64,000 nt of DNA, from the NCBI RefSeq assembly GCF_000143415.4, contig NW_003314322.1:1128067-1192066 (forward strand), written 5' to 3'. Source of the stretch: Selaginella moellendorffii (taxonomy: Eukaryota > Plantae > Lycopodiophyta). Below are positions 21,188 to 34,548 of this stretch, piece by piece (within the stretch, counting starts at the first letter, position 1; every line of letters begins with the position of its first letter). Both the position numbers and the translations under genes were made by a program. The notes under the pieces were generated by a model. It was not told where the DNA came from, searched no databases, and was given only the letters and a program-made list of their open reading frames with translations.

Positions 21188-24100
21188 CTACCGCCAGTAC
21201 TGTGCCCACCGATGGATCGTCTCTACCATCTGAGGAAACAACGCACTGACACTGTCGTTTATGAGCGTCTGGAAGAACTGAACGGCTTCTTCGTCATCCA
21301 GGTCGAGGCGGAACTTTTCTTGAAGCTGAAAACAAAACGAGCAAGCTCAGTACCGGAAAGATGAACGGGCGAGGGTATACTTTTAAGACTCCCTTTTCTG
21401 GATCAGAGGAGATGTCAGGCAGATTGGCCCCCGACATGAGAAAGAGAAGGTTCAATATGAGATTGCTTGATTTGCGCAGTATATTGTAAGCCTCGCAGCA
21501 GTACATCTTGAACTTCGAATAATGTTGGCTGTAAAGAGTACCCAATGAAATCATCCAAGTAGCAGCTTTACCACTAACAAACCTGTCCATTCCGCCCATA
21601 GCTTCCACCATTTCTTTACATAGCTTCATTGGAGGGGGAAACGGTTTTGAATCCCTTCCAAGAATGAAACCGAAGTCGACATGAAAGAGCCTTCCATCCT
21701 GCTGGAGAAGTAGATTGTCAAGATGCCTGCATAGAAAAGGAAAAAACGTCAATAATTTTTAAACAGCATTCAATAGTACCTGTCGCCAACACCGAGTATG
21801 TACGTTATAACACAGTATCCCGCACAGCTCTTGACAAAGGTTTCAAGGCAAGGAGAACTTATCCCGAATGGGCCCTCTTCATCGGGATGGAACTGTTTAA
21901 AGAACTGGATGATCGTCTTGTTCTCGGCCAAAACCTGTAAGAATCGTCAGAAACACAAGAGAATGCACATGAATCACGGTTACCTGAGCCAAAGGTGTAG
22001 AATGTATAAATTCCACCATACCTTCCTCGTGCGAAGTGGAGAGAACTCTGTAAGGAGTTAGCTGCAAGTCAAGGTTTTCAGACTTAAGCAGCTTGTCCAT
22101 GAGCGTTATGAGCTGAATCACCTGTAAGTTTGACAATAAAGCGATGATCAAAACACTTAAACATTTGAAATTGCGTACCAATTGATCTTGCCGCAGATCG
22201 TCCCCTTTCTTGAATATCACTCTGCACTTGCCACCCTCGACGGTCCGAAATGTCAATCGCAGCGGACTGAGGTTACTTTTGAATACGGATGACTCGGCCG
22301 GTAAAATACCGATGAGCATAATTGTGGGATCCAACGGGAAAGGCAAAGCTTCGAAAGATGTGAGTTCGTTCATAATCCCCTGAAGCATTTCCCGCAACCT
22401 GTCGATCTTCTTCTGTAAATTTCCGCGGACATTCTTTACATCCCGTGCGATAGTGCAAAGTTTCGCAAGCAGCTCAGACTGATGATGTAGCAGAGCAGCC
22501 ATTGGAGGAGCAACGGACTCGTTGAAGTGCTCCAAGACCAACCAAAAACGCTTCGCATATATGACGTCGGCAAGTTCTACGTTGAGATACCACCGCAAGA
22601 AGTTTGCTAGCTCAGTATTGTGGACAGCTGCAAGAAACAAATAGTGTAAAACTAAAAAATACGCAATGCTTACCTCTTTGAACCAGAAAATTCGCAAGGC
22701 GGGACTTGTCAGATCGCTCAAAGCGTAGGGCCTGCACGAGTTGGAATAGATACGACTGCAGTTCCTCATCGCCGGTCCTCTCGAGCACGTCAATTGCGTG
22801 GCCTCGAACCTCCTCACTTTCAAAAGCATGCGATAAAAGCTCCAACGCGTCAGCGATGTCAATCGTAGTCCACTTGTGCATTAGTTCCAATGCCTGCTTT
22901 GCTTCCTGCACCAAAAGTAGTTATAGATAAACAATAACAACTAGCTAATACCGTTGCATCGCTCCAGTCAACACATTTCAAGAACTTGGTGAGCGCTCTC
23001 TTCTCCCCCGTTAACGAGAACCGGAATTTCCACAGCGTCTGTCTTTCTTCTCCGTTCAGATTTCTTGTAGGGGGGTACTGCAAAATTCGCGCTATTTCCC
23101 TGCATCATACACCCGAGTTGTGAGAAATAGTAATCAGGAACAAGCTCTAAAGCATACTTCCGATCCGTGACGCTGGGCTTTAGTTCGTGATCAATGACGC
23201 CTCTTGTCACATGACGAGCCAGTTTTATTTGCTTGTTCTCGCAAGGATTTTGACGACCAACTTCTGGATCAGGTATCACAACCAGTTGATGTCTAGGGGA
23301 TTGGAGCACTAAATCCTGTTCGAAGAGAAAACATCAGAGCCCGAAAAGAGAAAGAACACATCACAACAAACCTGGAATGCGACAGGATGCATAAACGATA
23401 GAAGCTCCACGACCAAATGCAAGTTCTTCTGACCGATCCGTTTGCTTTCTTCCTCTTTGATTCGGTCGATGGCTTTGAAAGTCAAGTTGTCCAGCCAATC
23501 TATACGTTCGATTTGGCCTCTCTCGTATTTATTGAGAGCCTTGTCAAGCCTTTCCAGCTCTCCCCTTTCATGCTTCGGAACCTGCAACTTACTTGCTCGT
23601 CAAGAAGAGAAAGAAAGAGCTGAAAACTCACCTTGCCTGGCGTGCTACTAACGACTGCTCCATCAGCGATCCTACCACGCCACAGCCGGAGCTTTTGCTT
23701 GCCAGTCTTGAGCTCTTTCTTCTTGCTGAAAATCCGAAAGCTTGCACCACCGACAGCAACTTCTTGCCTTGGGTACGAGACGTCCCAGACCTGCAAGGAT
23801 TTTTTCTCCATTGCTCAAGACTCTTCCTTAAAGAACAAAGAAAGAAAAGGAAATTTCTTACAGTGAATGTCAGCTGCGTAGTGGCCGTCAAATCTCTGTA
23901 CTTGGCGCTGAGCGTGATCATCTCGTTCCATTTGTATGGCTTCTCGATCGGTGCCAAACTATGGACAGCTACATCAGACACAGAGAGAAAGAATTCGAAA
24001 TATTTTCCTACCGCGTCTTGGTCGGCAGGCCGAAGAGCACGCCATCGATGTAGAGCGAGCATTCCACGAACAAATCAGGGACAGGGCTGTGCTCCGCCAA

Positions 24101-24235
24101 CGCGAAATCCGTGGCATTCTTGAGAGTAGCCTCCGTGTACCGCTGGAGATCGCCCTCCAGCGACTCGACGCGCAGCGTGACGGGCAGATTGATATCGGAA
24201 GAGAGGAAGAATCGCTCGCCATTGCTGCCCGCCAT
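21188..24235 (-). CDS. VPS34: Class III phosphatidylinositol 3-kinase, many short introns
   Basis: [18 protein letters not shown] start; C2 and helical domains; [12 protein letters not shown]; GDRHLDN; HVDFGFILG; C-terminal IHRWAQYWR*. Confidence 0.96.
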
Positions 24236-24448
24236 GAAGCATACTCACTCCCCCAAGAACCCTAAACACTGCTATTACTAAAAATGCAAAGAGGAAAATG
24301 TGAATATTCGTTATGAAGTTGAAAATATTCTCCACAATGCTACTATCAAATCAAAGAGTTTCTAAGAGCATGCTTAAAAAAAGAGACCTGTACAGCTTGG
24401 AGCGAGGACCTCGCTATTCTTTTTTCACCCTCTCTCTGTGGAGATTGA

Positions 24449-25329
24449 TCACCAGATCTCACGCAGGATCCCAAACAGCGACGTCGGCTCGGCTGCTGCT
24501 TCACTCCCGGCTGGCGTTTCTTCGCTAAACTCTGGAAATTCGGTGGCTACGTCGTTGATCTTCTGGAATTCACGACCCAAAAAGAAAGAACAACGACACT
24601 CTTAGTAAACAATGTGAAAGGGAAAGGAGAAAAAGGAAGAAATGCAACTAGTACCTCTTCCGCGCTCAATGCTTCCATATCCAGTTCCAAGTTCTTCAAA
24701 CGCTCCTGGTACCATCGTCTTCCAATGATGATCATGCCGGTGACGGTGGCGACCACCACAATCGACCAGAGGGTGCTACTCCTGTTCACCTTCTTTGCCA
24801 CAAACTGGAGCCTCCTCTTGATCCATTCTTTGCCCCCACTCTTATCCTTGGCAGGGGTCTTGTTGACAATGGTGGCGGCAGCGACGATCTCCGCCGTGAC
24901 AACTCCTCCCTCGCTCTTGATCTCGCGCGAGCCCTGGCCGGAGTCCCCGAATTCCAGGGGGGCGGTCTCGCCGCTCCTGGGGCTGGACAGCGACGACACG
25001 AGAATCTGCTGCTCGATCTCCGCCGTGCCGCTGGATATCTCGCTGGCCTTGGCCGCAGCGGCGGCGGCGACATCCTCCTGCTTCGCCACATCCCCGCCGA
25101 GAGCAAAGATTTCGCCCGGAGCCGAGCCGCCGCCCACCGCCTGGCCGAAATATTGCGAATGCAGAGTGAGATCCGCCACGCCGCTGGAAGAATCGTGGGA
25201 CGGCGCCGCCTCGGCAGCTGCTAGGGCAGATTTGAGGTCCGCCGCGGAAGATCCTGTCATGGACATGGAGAGAAGCTCCCAATCGGTGGGGACATCGGAT
25301 TTCTTGTTGTTGCCGCTGCTGTCGTCCAT
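24449..25329 (-). CDS. ATG8-interacting protein (ATI1/ATI2-like), two coding exons (25329-24655 and 24562-24449)
   Basis: N-terminal AIM-like DWELLS, disordered middle, then WIKRR...WSIVVVATVTGMIIIGRRWYQER transmembrane segment as in the ATI family. Confidence 0.75.
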
Positions 25330-25705
25330 CGCGATGGGCGATCGAAACCCCACCTGGAACAAAGAAGAACCCTAGAATCCGGAATGCTACACACTCGGAG
25401 ATGAGACTGGAAACCCCAGTGCTAGTCACTATTTTTGCCAAGCCCGTCCTCCACGTAAGCGAAACACCGGTATCCACGCAAGTAAAATAAAGAAATATCT
25501 ATCGGCATCGTATTGATTGCTAGTCTTCCAAAAAATTCCCAGATTTGGATTACCTTTGGAACGATCTAGCTCGAAACTGGCAAACTATTTGAGATCTTTG
25601 GAACGATCGAGCTCCAAACTGGTAAAATGATAAAGAATGATGCAGATGTATCGAAAAGAAGAATGTAAAAATTCGTCTACCATTGTGGATCAATCAATCA
25701 AGTTC

Positions 25706-27503
25706 TCATCCTTGAATGAGTGGGAGGCCAACAGCGATGACGATGAACGTTGCAGGAGCTCCAAATCTCAAGTGATTCCAGAAGGAGAGATTGTATGGAT
25801 GCTCCTCCATTCTGCTGGCCTGCTCGCTCACGATTATGTTGGCCGCCGATCCAACCAGCGTCAAGTTTCCAGCCACGGTGCTCACCCAGGCGAGGATCAG
25901 CCACGCTTTCTTCACGCTCGCTCCCTCGGTTGCGGCGGCCGAGGCTGCTACTCGAGCACCCAAGAGAAGAACTAGAATGAAATCCAAAAAGAAGAGATCA
26001 TGAGCAAAGAAGAATGCTCTCCTTCCAAACTTACCTGTAGGCACATTTGATGCAACGTTGGAGAGGAGGATTACCACCGCGGACAGAATTGCAATTCCAG
26101 CAGCCGTGTTGATGCGAGCGTGTGGTTCGACGGCGTCCCAGAGTTGTCCAGGAGCGCCAGTCCGGTTGAAACCACGCACTGCTATAAACATCCCCGAGAA
26201 GAATACCAGCAGGGAGTATGATACCTGGTGTAACCAGTGACGCAAGTAAGTACCACCTAAGAAAAAGATAGAAAAGTTTGGTGCTTGCCTGGTCGAGGCT
26301 CGGACTAGCATCCGTGAAGTCCAACACCATGAGAACAATCGCCGCGGTGATGGCCGTCCATGAGAGATCCAAGCCGTAAAGGAACGCCACCAGCATGCCG
26401 ATCGTCACCAGATACACGGACACCTTCCAGACCTTCTTCCGGAGTCTTTGAAACCGAGTGAGACTTGCCTGTGGAGTGTCCTGAAGCTCGACGCGAGGAG
26501 GAACTTGGAAGTGCCCAGAACCTCTCGGCTCTAGCCGCAGGATCTCGTTGATGGCAATGAGCGACGGGCGTTGAAGGTGGCGGGACGACGAAATTGATCT
26601 AGGCAGCGGAGGAGCTCCAGCTTCTTGCGTCAATTGTCCGTCGGGTGTGCTAGTAGATGCTGCTACACTCTTTCCAAGGTCGGGTGTATCAGCTGCTTGT
26701 CCTTCCAGGTCTGGAGTTTGGTAAGAACTGTCCTGCTGTTTTGGTTCTTGTCGATGATCTTGCTGCTGGATTCGTTGTTCTTGAGTGAAGCTCAATCCAG
26801 AATTGAGCAGCTCCATCTCCGGCCGCTGCTGCTCTAGTTTGATCGAGATGTCACTACTCTCAGCGTCCTCGTCCACACCTCGCAGCTTCTTCCAGTAGTA
26901 AGCCAGCAAGAGCAGCGTGTTTGCAATGAGTCCCAGGACCATGGCCGGCACCACCCCACCCAAAAACTTGCCAAACGCGATCTTGCTCTCCACGGCGATC
27001 ACCAAGTTCTGTGGATTGCCGATCGGGGTGGCCGCGGAGCCAATGTTGGCACTGGAAGCAAGAGCAATCAGAAAGGGCTGAGGGGGGAGCTTCTTTTCTC
27101 TGCATACCTCAAGAACAAACTGCGTGAGCACGACACAGGTGGTGTCATTGGTGAAGAGCGCGCTACACAGCGCCGAGAGGAGGCAAAGCCGACATAGTAG
27201 ATCCTTGCCGCCGAGGCTCCGCCACGAGAGGGCGTGGCCCAGGTACTTGAACGCGTCGGCCCTCTCCAGATAGACGCTTACGACCATGGTGCCGAAGAGG
27301 AGCCCCAGAATCGGCAGATCCACGGCCGCGAATGCCTCGGCCGGCGAGAGAACCTGGAAGACGACCATGAGGCAAGCGCCGAGCAGCGACCCGGCAGTCC
27401 TCCCGATCGGCAAGAACGGCACCACGGGCACCACCGCCATGATCCAGAAGACACCGAAGGCGAAGCATCCGAGGACGACCTTGGGCGTCGACGCCCACGC
27501 CAT
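25706..27503 (-). CDS. LSI2: Silicon efflux transporter Lsi2-like (ArsB/NhaD superfamily), three exons
   Basis: [62 protein letters not shown]. Confidence 0.93.
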
Positions 27504-27804
27504 GGCGGCAGCTTCTCCGCACCGAATCGATCGAGCCTGGCTCGCCGCCCTAGCGCGAAGCTGCGCGACCTAAAATATTTCATCCCACCGTGACACATTT
27601 AAGCGCGCCAATGACGTCGGCATATTCTGGGTTTAGGGCTCAAGTAGAATTCAAAGTTTCGCGCCAATGTCTCTAAGAATATGCTGGAATTTAGGGTAAG
27701 CACTTTCTCGCCTTGTAGCGATGCGGTGGACGATGGCCACGAAGACTCCCCTCGGCTCTCGTTAGGTCCATGGCGATGGTCGATAGGGATCGATAGGGAA
27801 GATC

Positions 27805-30800
27805 TTGCGTCTAATGGGGGCGGCCCTTCTCCTTGTGATAGCCATTCTGCGCAGCTGCCACTCCTTGACGATCCACCTGTGCGATTTGGACGCCGGCGAG
27901 GAGAATGCTCTCGCGGCCCTGATGCAATCACGCATCGGTGTGTTCTATTCCTGCGATCGGTCGGGGCATGTTAAATCCTTGGAGTTGTATGCGAAGGATG
28001 CGAGAATCATCCCCAGGCAAGTTTGTGATTTTCCATGGCTGGTAAGCTTGTCCGTCGTTGGTGGTGAGAATTCCCTCCCCTCTTGCTCTTGCGGGATTGC
28101 TAGCCTCGAGCATCTAGATCTCTACTCGTTTTCGTCGGAGTCCTTTCTTCCAAGTTGTGGTCCCCGTGATCTTCCTAGCTTGGTGTTTCTTCAGTTTTAC
28201 AGTGTCAATGCCTCGATCCCCATGGACACGGTTTGCAGTCTCTTCCATCTCGAACAGCTCCATATTATAGAGAGTTATTTGTTTCGAGGATCCATAGCTT
28301 GTGTCTCCAGGCTTTTGCATCTTACCACCATTCAACTGACTAAGTGTGGCTTGATGCTTGAGATTCCATCGGAGTTATGTGAGCTAGAACGCTTGACAGA
28401 ACTGGATATGAGTCAAAACTCCCTCTTTGGTCCCATCCCTCCGTGTCTAGGATCCTTGAAAAATCTTACTGAGCTTCTTCTCTTCCAAAACACCCTGAGT
28501 GGGAAAATCCCAGCCTCTCTCGTCCAGCTTAAACTTCTCAAGAGCCTAGTCCTGTATGCCAATAACTTGGAAGGTCCTATTCCACCACTTCAAGGCAATA
28601 AGATCGAGGTTTTGGATCTATCAAGTAACAACCTCACAGGTACATTGCCGGATGTCATAGCAAACTTATCGAGCTTGAGAGTACTCTCAGCAGCCAATAA
28701 CTCACTTAGCGGCGTTCTTCCTCGTTTCGCCAGCAGCTCCAGGATACAGGAACTTGATCTTTCAACAAACGAGTTTTATGGGCCGCTCCAGCCAACTATA
28801 TGCAACCTCACAAGGCTAAGTGTTCTCAGGCTTTCACGTAACTATCTCAACTCGGACTTCTCGTTAACTCCCAATTGTTTCCAGAGCATAACAGAGTTGG
28901 ACTTGCACGCCAACCAGCTCTATGGACGCTTGCCTCCAGGTTTGCTGAGCTTATCCACTTTGGAGAGAATAGATCTTTCTATGAATCAGTTCACAGGCTC
29001 TCTACCAGCACTAGGCCACAACATGACCGGTTTGACATCCATGGAACTATCCAACAACTGGCTAACAGGAACTCTGGAAGACTTGCGTTTTAACGAGCAG
29101 TGCAATCTTGGAGTTTTAGACTTGTCACACAATGACATCGGTGGCAGCATACCAGGCTACATAAGCAACTGCAGCGGATTAAGTGTGCTAAATCTCAATG
29201 GCAATTCTTTTCGAGGGACTATTCCATGGGAACTCGGCAACTTGGTTGGCTTGCGTACGGTAATGCTTCGGGGTAACAGGCTAGGCGGGGAACTCCCAGA
29301 GAGTTTAGGAAACTTGACAGTGTTAACTGTTCTAGAACTGAGCGAAAACAGTTTTACAGGGAAGCTGGAATCGACGGGTATAAACAGGCTGCGGTATCTC
29401 AACCTTCTTCTACTCAGGTCGAACGCCTTCGATGGATCAATTCCAAACTGGATTGGGAGCTTTTCGGCTTTCCTCTCTGGAATAGATCTTTCACACAACA
29501 GGTTCTCTGGACAACTCTCTCGTGACATAGATATGACGGGCTTGGGAATCATTCCCCTTCCAAGGTTGCCATTGCCGCTACTTGGCTTGCCAATGGTAAA
29601 CGACGTACTTATCAATCTGAAAGGACAGCTTCGTCGTTATGATAGCATGCCATACCAGATAAGTTTTCTCGATCTCTCCAGCAACTTTTTAGAGGGAGAG
29701 CTTCCGGACTCTTTTGGTAACATGCAGCGGCTCATGTACCTGACACTCTCGGGAAACAGGTTCAGTGGAAAGATCCCGGCTAGTTTTGGAAGACTTTCAG
29801 TGCTTGAGGGCCTAGACTTGACAAGGAACACACTATCTGACTCAATTCCGGAGACTCTCGTCAATCTTACTAAGCTGGGATACTTCAACGTTTCTTACAA
29901 CAATCTCTCAGGAACAGTTCCCTCCAAAGGCCAGTTTTCTACTTTCGGCTGCGATTCATATATCGGAAACAAGTACCTCAACCTGCCCTGCTCCCAAGTT
30001 CTAGAAAGCGGGCTTGTGCAGAGAAAGATGGTAATTGGTTGGCATCGCGGGTTGATACTTGGTTTGATAGGCGTGGCCATTGGCTGCGTCGTACTTCTGG
30101 TTGGGTTTGCGTTCCTCTACTACTACAAATGGAAAGTCAGAACTCCAGAAGCAGCTGGCGAGCAGAAACTTTGCTCGATCTCGTCAAGCATGAGAAAAAG
30201 CGAGCTCTGGACCGCCACCCAAGGCTTCGACGCCAAAAACATAATCGGAACAGGCGCTTCGAGCACTGTTTACAAAGGCAGGCTAGCCCGGGATGGAAAG
30301 TGTGTGGCCATCAAAGTTTTCAGGCCTCGCAAGGATGATTGGAACTCGGCAACGGAAATTGAAGCCTTGAGCAGAATTAAGCACAGGAATTTGGTCCGTT
30401 TTCTCGGGGTCTGCTGGGAGGACGACTGTAAGGCACTTGTGTTTGATCTCATGCCGAATGGAACACTCGACTCACATCTCCATGACGTTTCCGAGAAGGT
30501 TAAGGTTTTCACCATGAAACAAAGGCTGAAGGTTGCTCTCGGAGTGGCTTACGCTGTTCGATACCTCCACCACGAACTCAATGCCGGCGAAGCAATCGTT
30601 CACGGAGACTTGAAGCCGAGCAACATTTTCCTGGATGACGAGATGGAAGCGCACGTCGGAGACTTTGGAGCGGCCAGACTCTTGCAAGCTGTTAATGCCT
30701 ACGAGGATTCCAAGTCGGAGTTGAGAGGCTCCCTTGGCTACATGCCACCAGGTACGCTTTACAGCTTCTTTTTAAACTTTTTCGATGCTTCGAGTTTCCA

Positions 30801-31127
30801 GAGTTAGCGGTCTCGAACAAGCTTTGCGCGAAGACCGATGTCTACAGCTATGGAATCATCCTTCTGGAAATGCTCACGGGCAAGCGACCCACGAATAGCA
30901 TGTTTAAAGACGGGAGCACCCTTCACGACTGGGCTCGTTCCAGCTTTCCAAATCTGGAAATCTTGCTGGATCCAACACTGTTGTCTCAGGAAGAGCCTCT
31001 CGAGTTCCCGGTGGCAAGAGAACTCTTCCGGCTCGGCATTCTCTGTAGCAGCGAGCAGCGCGAGCACCGGCCAACTATGGACTTCGTCACGTCGATGCTA
31101 GCTCAAATAAGCAGCCTGGGAAACTGA
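27805..31127 (+). CDS. LRR receptor kinase: island-domain ectodomain, transmembrane helix, non-RD kinase; one intron at about 30752-30801
   Basis: Signal peptide, about 20 plant extracellular LRRs, TM GLILGLIGVAIG, kinase motifs VAIK, HGDLKPSN, DFG, GYMPP|E, DVYSYGII. Confidence 0.95.
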
Positions 31128-31162
31128 ATGGTAAGCCTTCTTTAAAGAAGAAAACCCGACGC

Positions 31163-32790
31163 TCATATGCTTATATCTTTGTAGCGCTTGAAAATCTCCT
31201 CTACTCCTGCGGTAACTTCCTCCGGAAGGGGCCTCGGAACTTGGAAGGCATCGATGTTCTCTTTGAGCTGGTCCATCGTCGTGGCACCAATGATGCTGCT
31301 GGTCACAAAGGGACGATCGCGCACAAATCCGAGAGCAAGCTGGACTGGAGTTAAGCCGTGCTGCTCGCCGAGGCTCACGTATTTGTTTACGGCTTCCTGG
31401 CGAACAAAAACGGCACACACATCGCGTAAGTATGATGGAAGCTTGTCATGACCGACCTGTGCAAGAGATGTCTTATATCGTCCCATGTATCCAGGGAATG
31501 CGTTCAATCGTCCTCGCTTCGCAGCGGGGCTGTCAGGATTGGCGTACTTTCCACTCAACGCACCGCCAGCCAGTGGAGAGTACGCCAGCAATCCAACGTT
31601 GCAGTTGTGATGGCTACACACCTCCGTTAAGTCGACTGTTCACAGGAAGAGTTGCCAGACGAAGTCCACGAGATTGATTGGATGCGAGTTTGTACCTTCC
31701 AAGCGGCAGCGAACGAGCAAGCTGTAGCTGTTTTGGATGCTCACGATCTTGGGAAGGCCGAGCTTCTCCGCAGCATCAGTGAATCTCATGACGCCGAACG
31801 ATGTTTCATTTGAGACGCCAATGTAGCGAACCTGGCGTATCGTGAGAACGATGAATCAAAACAAGCTTTCAAGCGAGAACCTTTCCCTCCTGAATGACCG
31901 AGTTGAGAGCTTCCAGTTGCTCCTCGAACGACACGCTCTCTCGCCACCTCGATACATCGTAGAAAAACTCGCCAAAGAGGGGCACGTATCGATCAGGCCT
32001 GAATCAAACTATATAGGAGAAGAAGCAAACAAAAAGATAGAGGAACCATACCAGTGTATCTGTAGAAGATCAATGTGGTCCGTCCCGAGGCGCAGCAAGC
32101 TCTTCTCCACACTTTCTTTCACGTTTGCTGCGTCGACTCTCACAGTCTTTCCACTCTCACGGAGGTAAGATGATCGATCGGAATAGCCTGAAACTTTAGT
32201 CGCGATTATTACCTGGAGAAACCAACACGCATGCCAACAAGATAGTTTGCAAAAGTAAAAAGAAAAAGGAGAAAAATATAAACTAGGCAAACAAAAGCAT
32301 CAAGAAATCTAGAGCTTACCTTGTCGCGCGATTGGTTTTTCAGCCAGGAGCCAATGTAGCGATCTGTCCGCCCTTGTGTCTCTTTCGCCGGAGGAACAGG
32401 ATACTGTCAGACAAGCCATGTAAGATACTTCCCAAGATAATACCAAAGCATTCTATACCATCTCGGCAGTGTCGAGTATGTTGATTCCATTCTCGAAGGC
32501 ATAGCTTAGTTGCTCGTGAGCGTCGGCCTCGCTGTTTTGGACCCCCCAGGTCATCTACAAGCAAGCCGCAAGCAGCGCGATGGATTGACACTCTCAAAAT
32601 CCAAGCAAAAAAAAACAGTGCAACTTACAGTTCCCAGCGTGACTTCGCTGACGACGAGCTCCGAGTCGCCGAGCTTGTTGTAGCGCATCGAGGCGCTCGC
32701 ACGGGCGGCTACATTCCTCCTGGATGTAAATCGAAAATTCCTGCCAGCATTGAGAGCTTGCAATGGAGGAGGAGGAGCCACGGTAGCCAT
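31163..32790 (-). CDS. Aldo-keto reductase (Tas-like) with transit-peptide-like N-terminus, multi-exon
   Basis: LGDSELVVSEVTLGT, DTAE, IIATKV, SLLRLGTDHIDLLQIHW, LLAYSPLAGG, SSIIGATTMDQLKEN. Stop is 35 bp from the convergent RLK stop. Confidence 0.93.
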
Positions 32791-33463
32791 GGCAAGCCCT
32801 AAGCTTTAAACCTTGCATGGATTCATTTTTATTTGGGAGAATTATTCGATTTAGTAAAAGGTTGATTTTAGTAAAAGATTTTATATATATATATATACTA
32901 CTTTATAATGTATATTCATATTAAAATTTTCATTATTACTATAAAATCCCTTTGAGTGTAATTATAAGCAATGTTCTATAATATTTTAGGTGTAATTTAT
33001 AAATAAATTTTATTTTAAATTTAAATACAATACTAATATCTATTTTTGGTTTGCTGAAGCAAATCTGTATGGTAATGAATATACCTAGATTATGCTTGAA
33101 TATTCAAGGATATTCTACCATCTAACAGTTCTTATTTATTTAGATTAATCTTGTAATTATAATTTATAAACATGTTTATAAATTTTCTTAAACACTTTTT
33201 AATATATTCTTTTTTATTCTGCCATCTAATGGTTGATATGTAATAAGATTAATCTTGTGTTATAGTAAACTTTTATTTGATCAATTGGATTAATAAATAG
33301 GAATAACACTAATATTGAGTAAACCAAACATTGCTACATGCAATGCGTAGCAAAAAAAATTTCAATGTCATGAACCTTTCATATTCATATATATATAAAA
33401 CAAGATGTACGGGTTTGAAATACTTAACACCAGACCTTAGGTTGATCCACCTTTTCTCTTTCA

Positions 33464-34548
33464 GGAAGCTTGTCATGACGGACCTGTGCAAGAGATGTAT
33501 GATATCGTTCCCTGTATCCAGGAAACATGTTCAATCGTCCTCACTTCGCAGCAGGGCTGTCAGGATTGGCAGACTTTCCACTCAATGCACCGCCAGCCAG
33601 TGGAGAGTACACCAGTAGTCCGACGTTGCAGTACTTTGTGATGGCTTAAGTAGACTGTTCACAGGAAAAGTTGGCAGACGAAGTTCACCAGATTAATAGT
33701 TTGTTCCTTCGAAGCGGCAGCAAACAAGCAAGCTATAGCTGTTTTGGATGCTCACGATCTTGGGAAGGCCGAGCTTCTCTGCAGCATCGGTGAATCCCAT
33801 GACACCAAACGATGTTTCGTTTGAGACACCAATGTAGCGAACCTGGAGTATCGTGAGAAAGATGAATCAACAAGCGAGAACCTTTCCCTCTTGAATGACC
33901 GAGTTGAGAGCTTCCAGTTGCTCCTCGAACGACACGCTCTCTTGCCACTTCCATATATCATAGAAAAACTCGCCAAGAACTCTCGCGGAGGTAAGATGAT
34001 CGATCGGAATAGCCTGAAACTTTAGTCGCGATTATTACCTGCAGAAACCAACACGCAGCAAAAGTAAAAAGACAAAGGAGAAAAAGATAAACTAGGCAAA
34101 CAAAAGCATTAAGAAATCTAGAGCTTACCTTGCGTGATTGGTTTTTTGCCAACGTAGCGATCTGTCCGCCCTTGTCTCTTTGGACAAAGGAACAGGATAC
34201 TATCAGACAAACCATGTAAGATACTTCCCAAGATAATACCAAAGCATTGCATTTCACTCTATACCATCTCGGCAGTGTCGAGTATGTTGATCCCATTCTT
34301 GAAGGCATAGCTTAGCTGCTCGTGAGCATCTGCCTCGCTGTTTTGGACCCCCCAGGTCATCTACAAGAAAGCCTTGATCAATCAAAATCCAAGCAAAAAA
34401 ACAAGTGCAGCTTACATTTCCCAGTGTGACTTTGCTGACAATGAGCTCTGAGTTGCCGAGCTTGTTGTAACGCATCGAGGAGCTGGGGCTCGCTGGGCAG
34501 CTACATTTCTCCTGGATGTAAATTGAAAATTCTTGCCAGCACTGAGAG
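33464..34548 (-). pseudogene. Tandem partial duplicate of the aldo-keto reductase gene
   Basis: Colinear with 31437-32758 including introns, but lacks the start region and last exon, and has an internal deletion near 33980 plus frameshifts. Confidence 0.9.
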
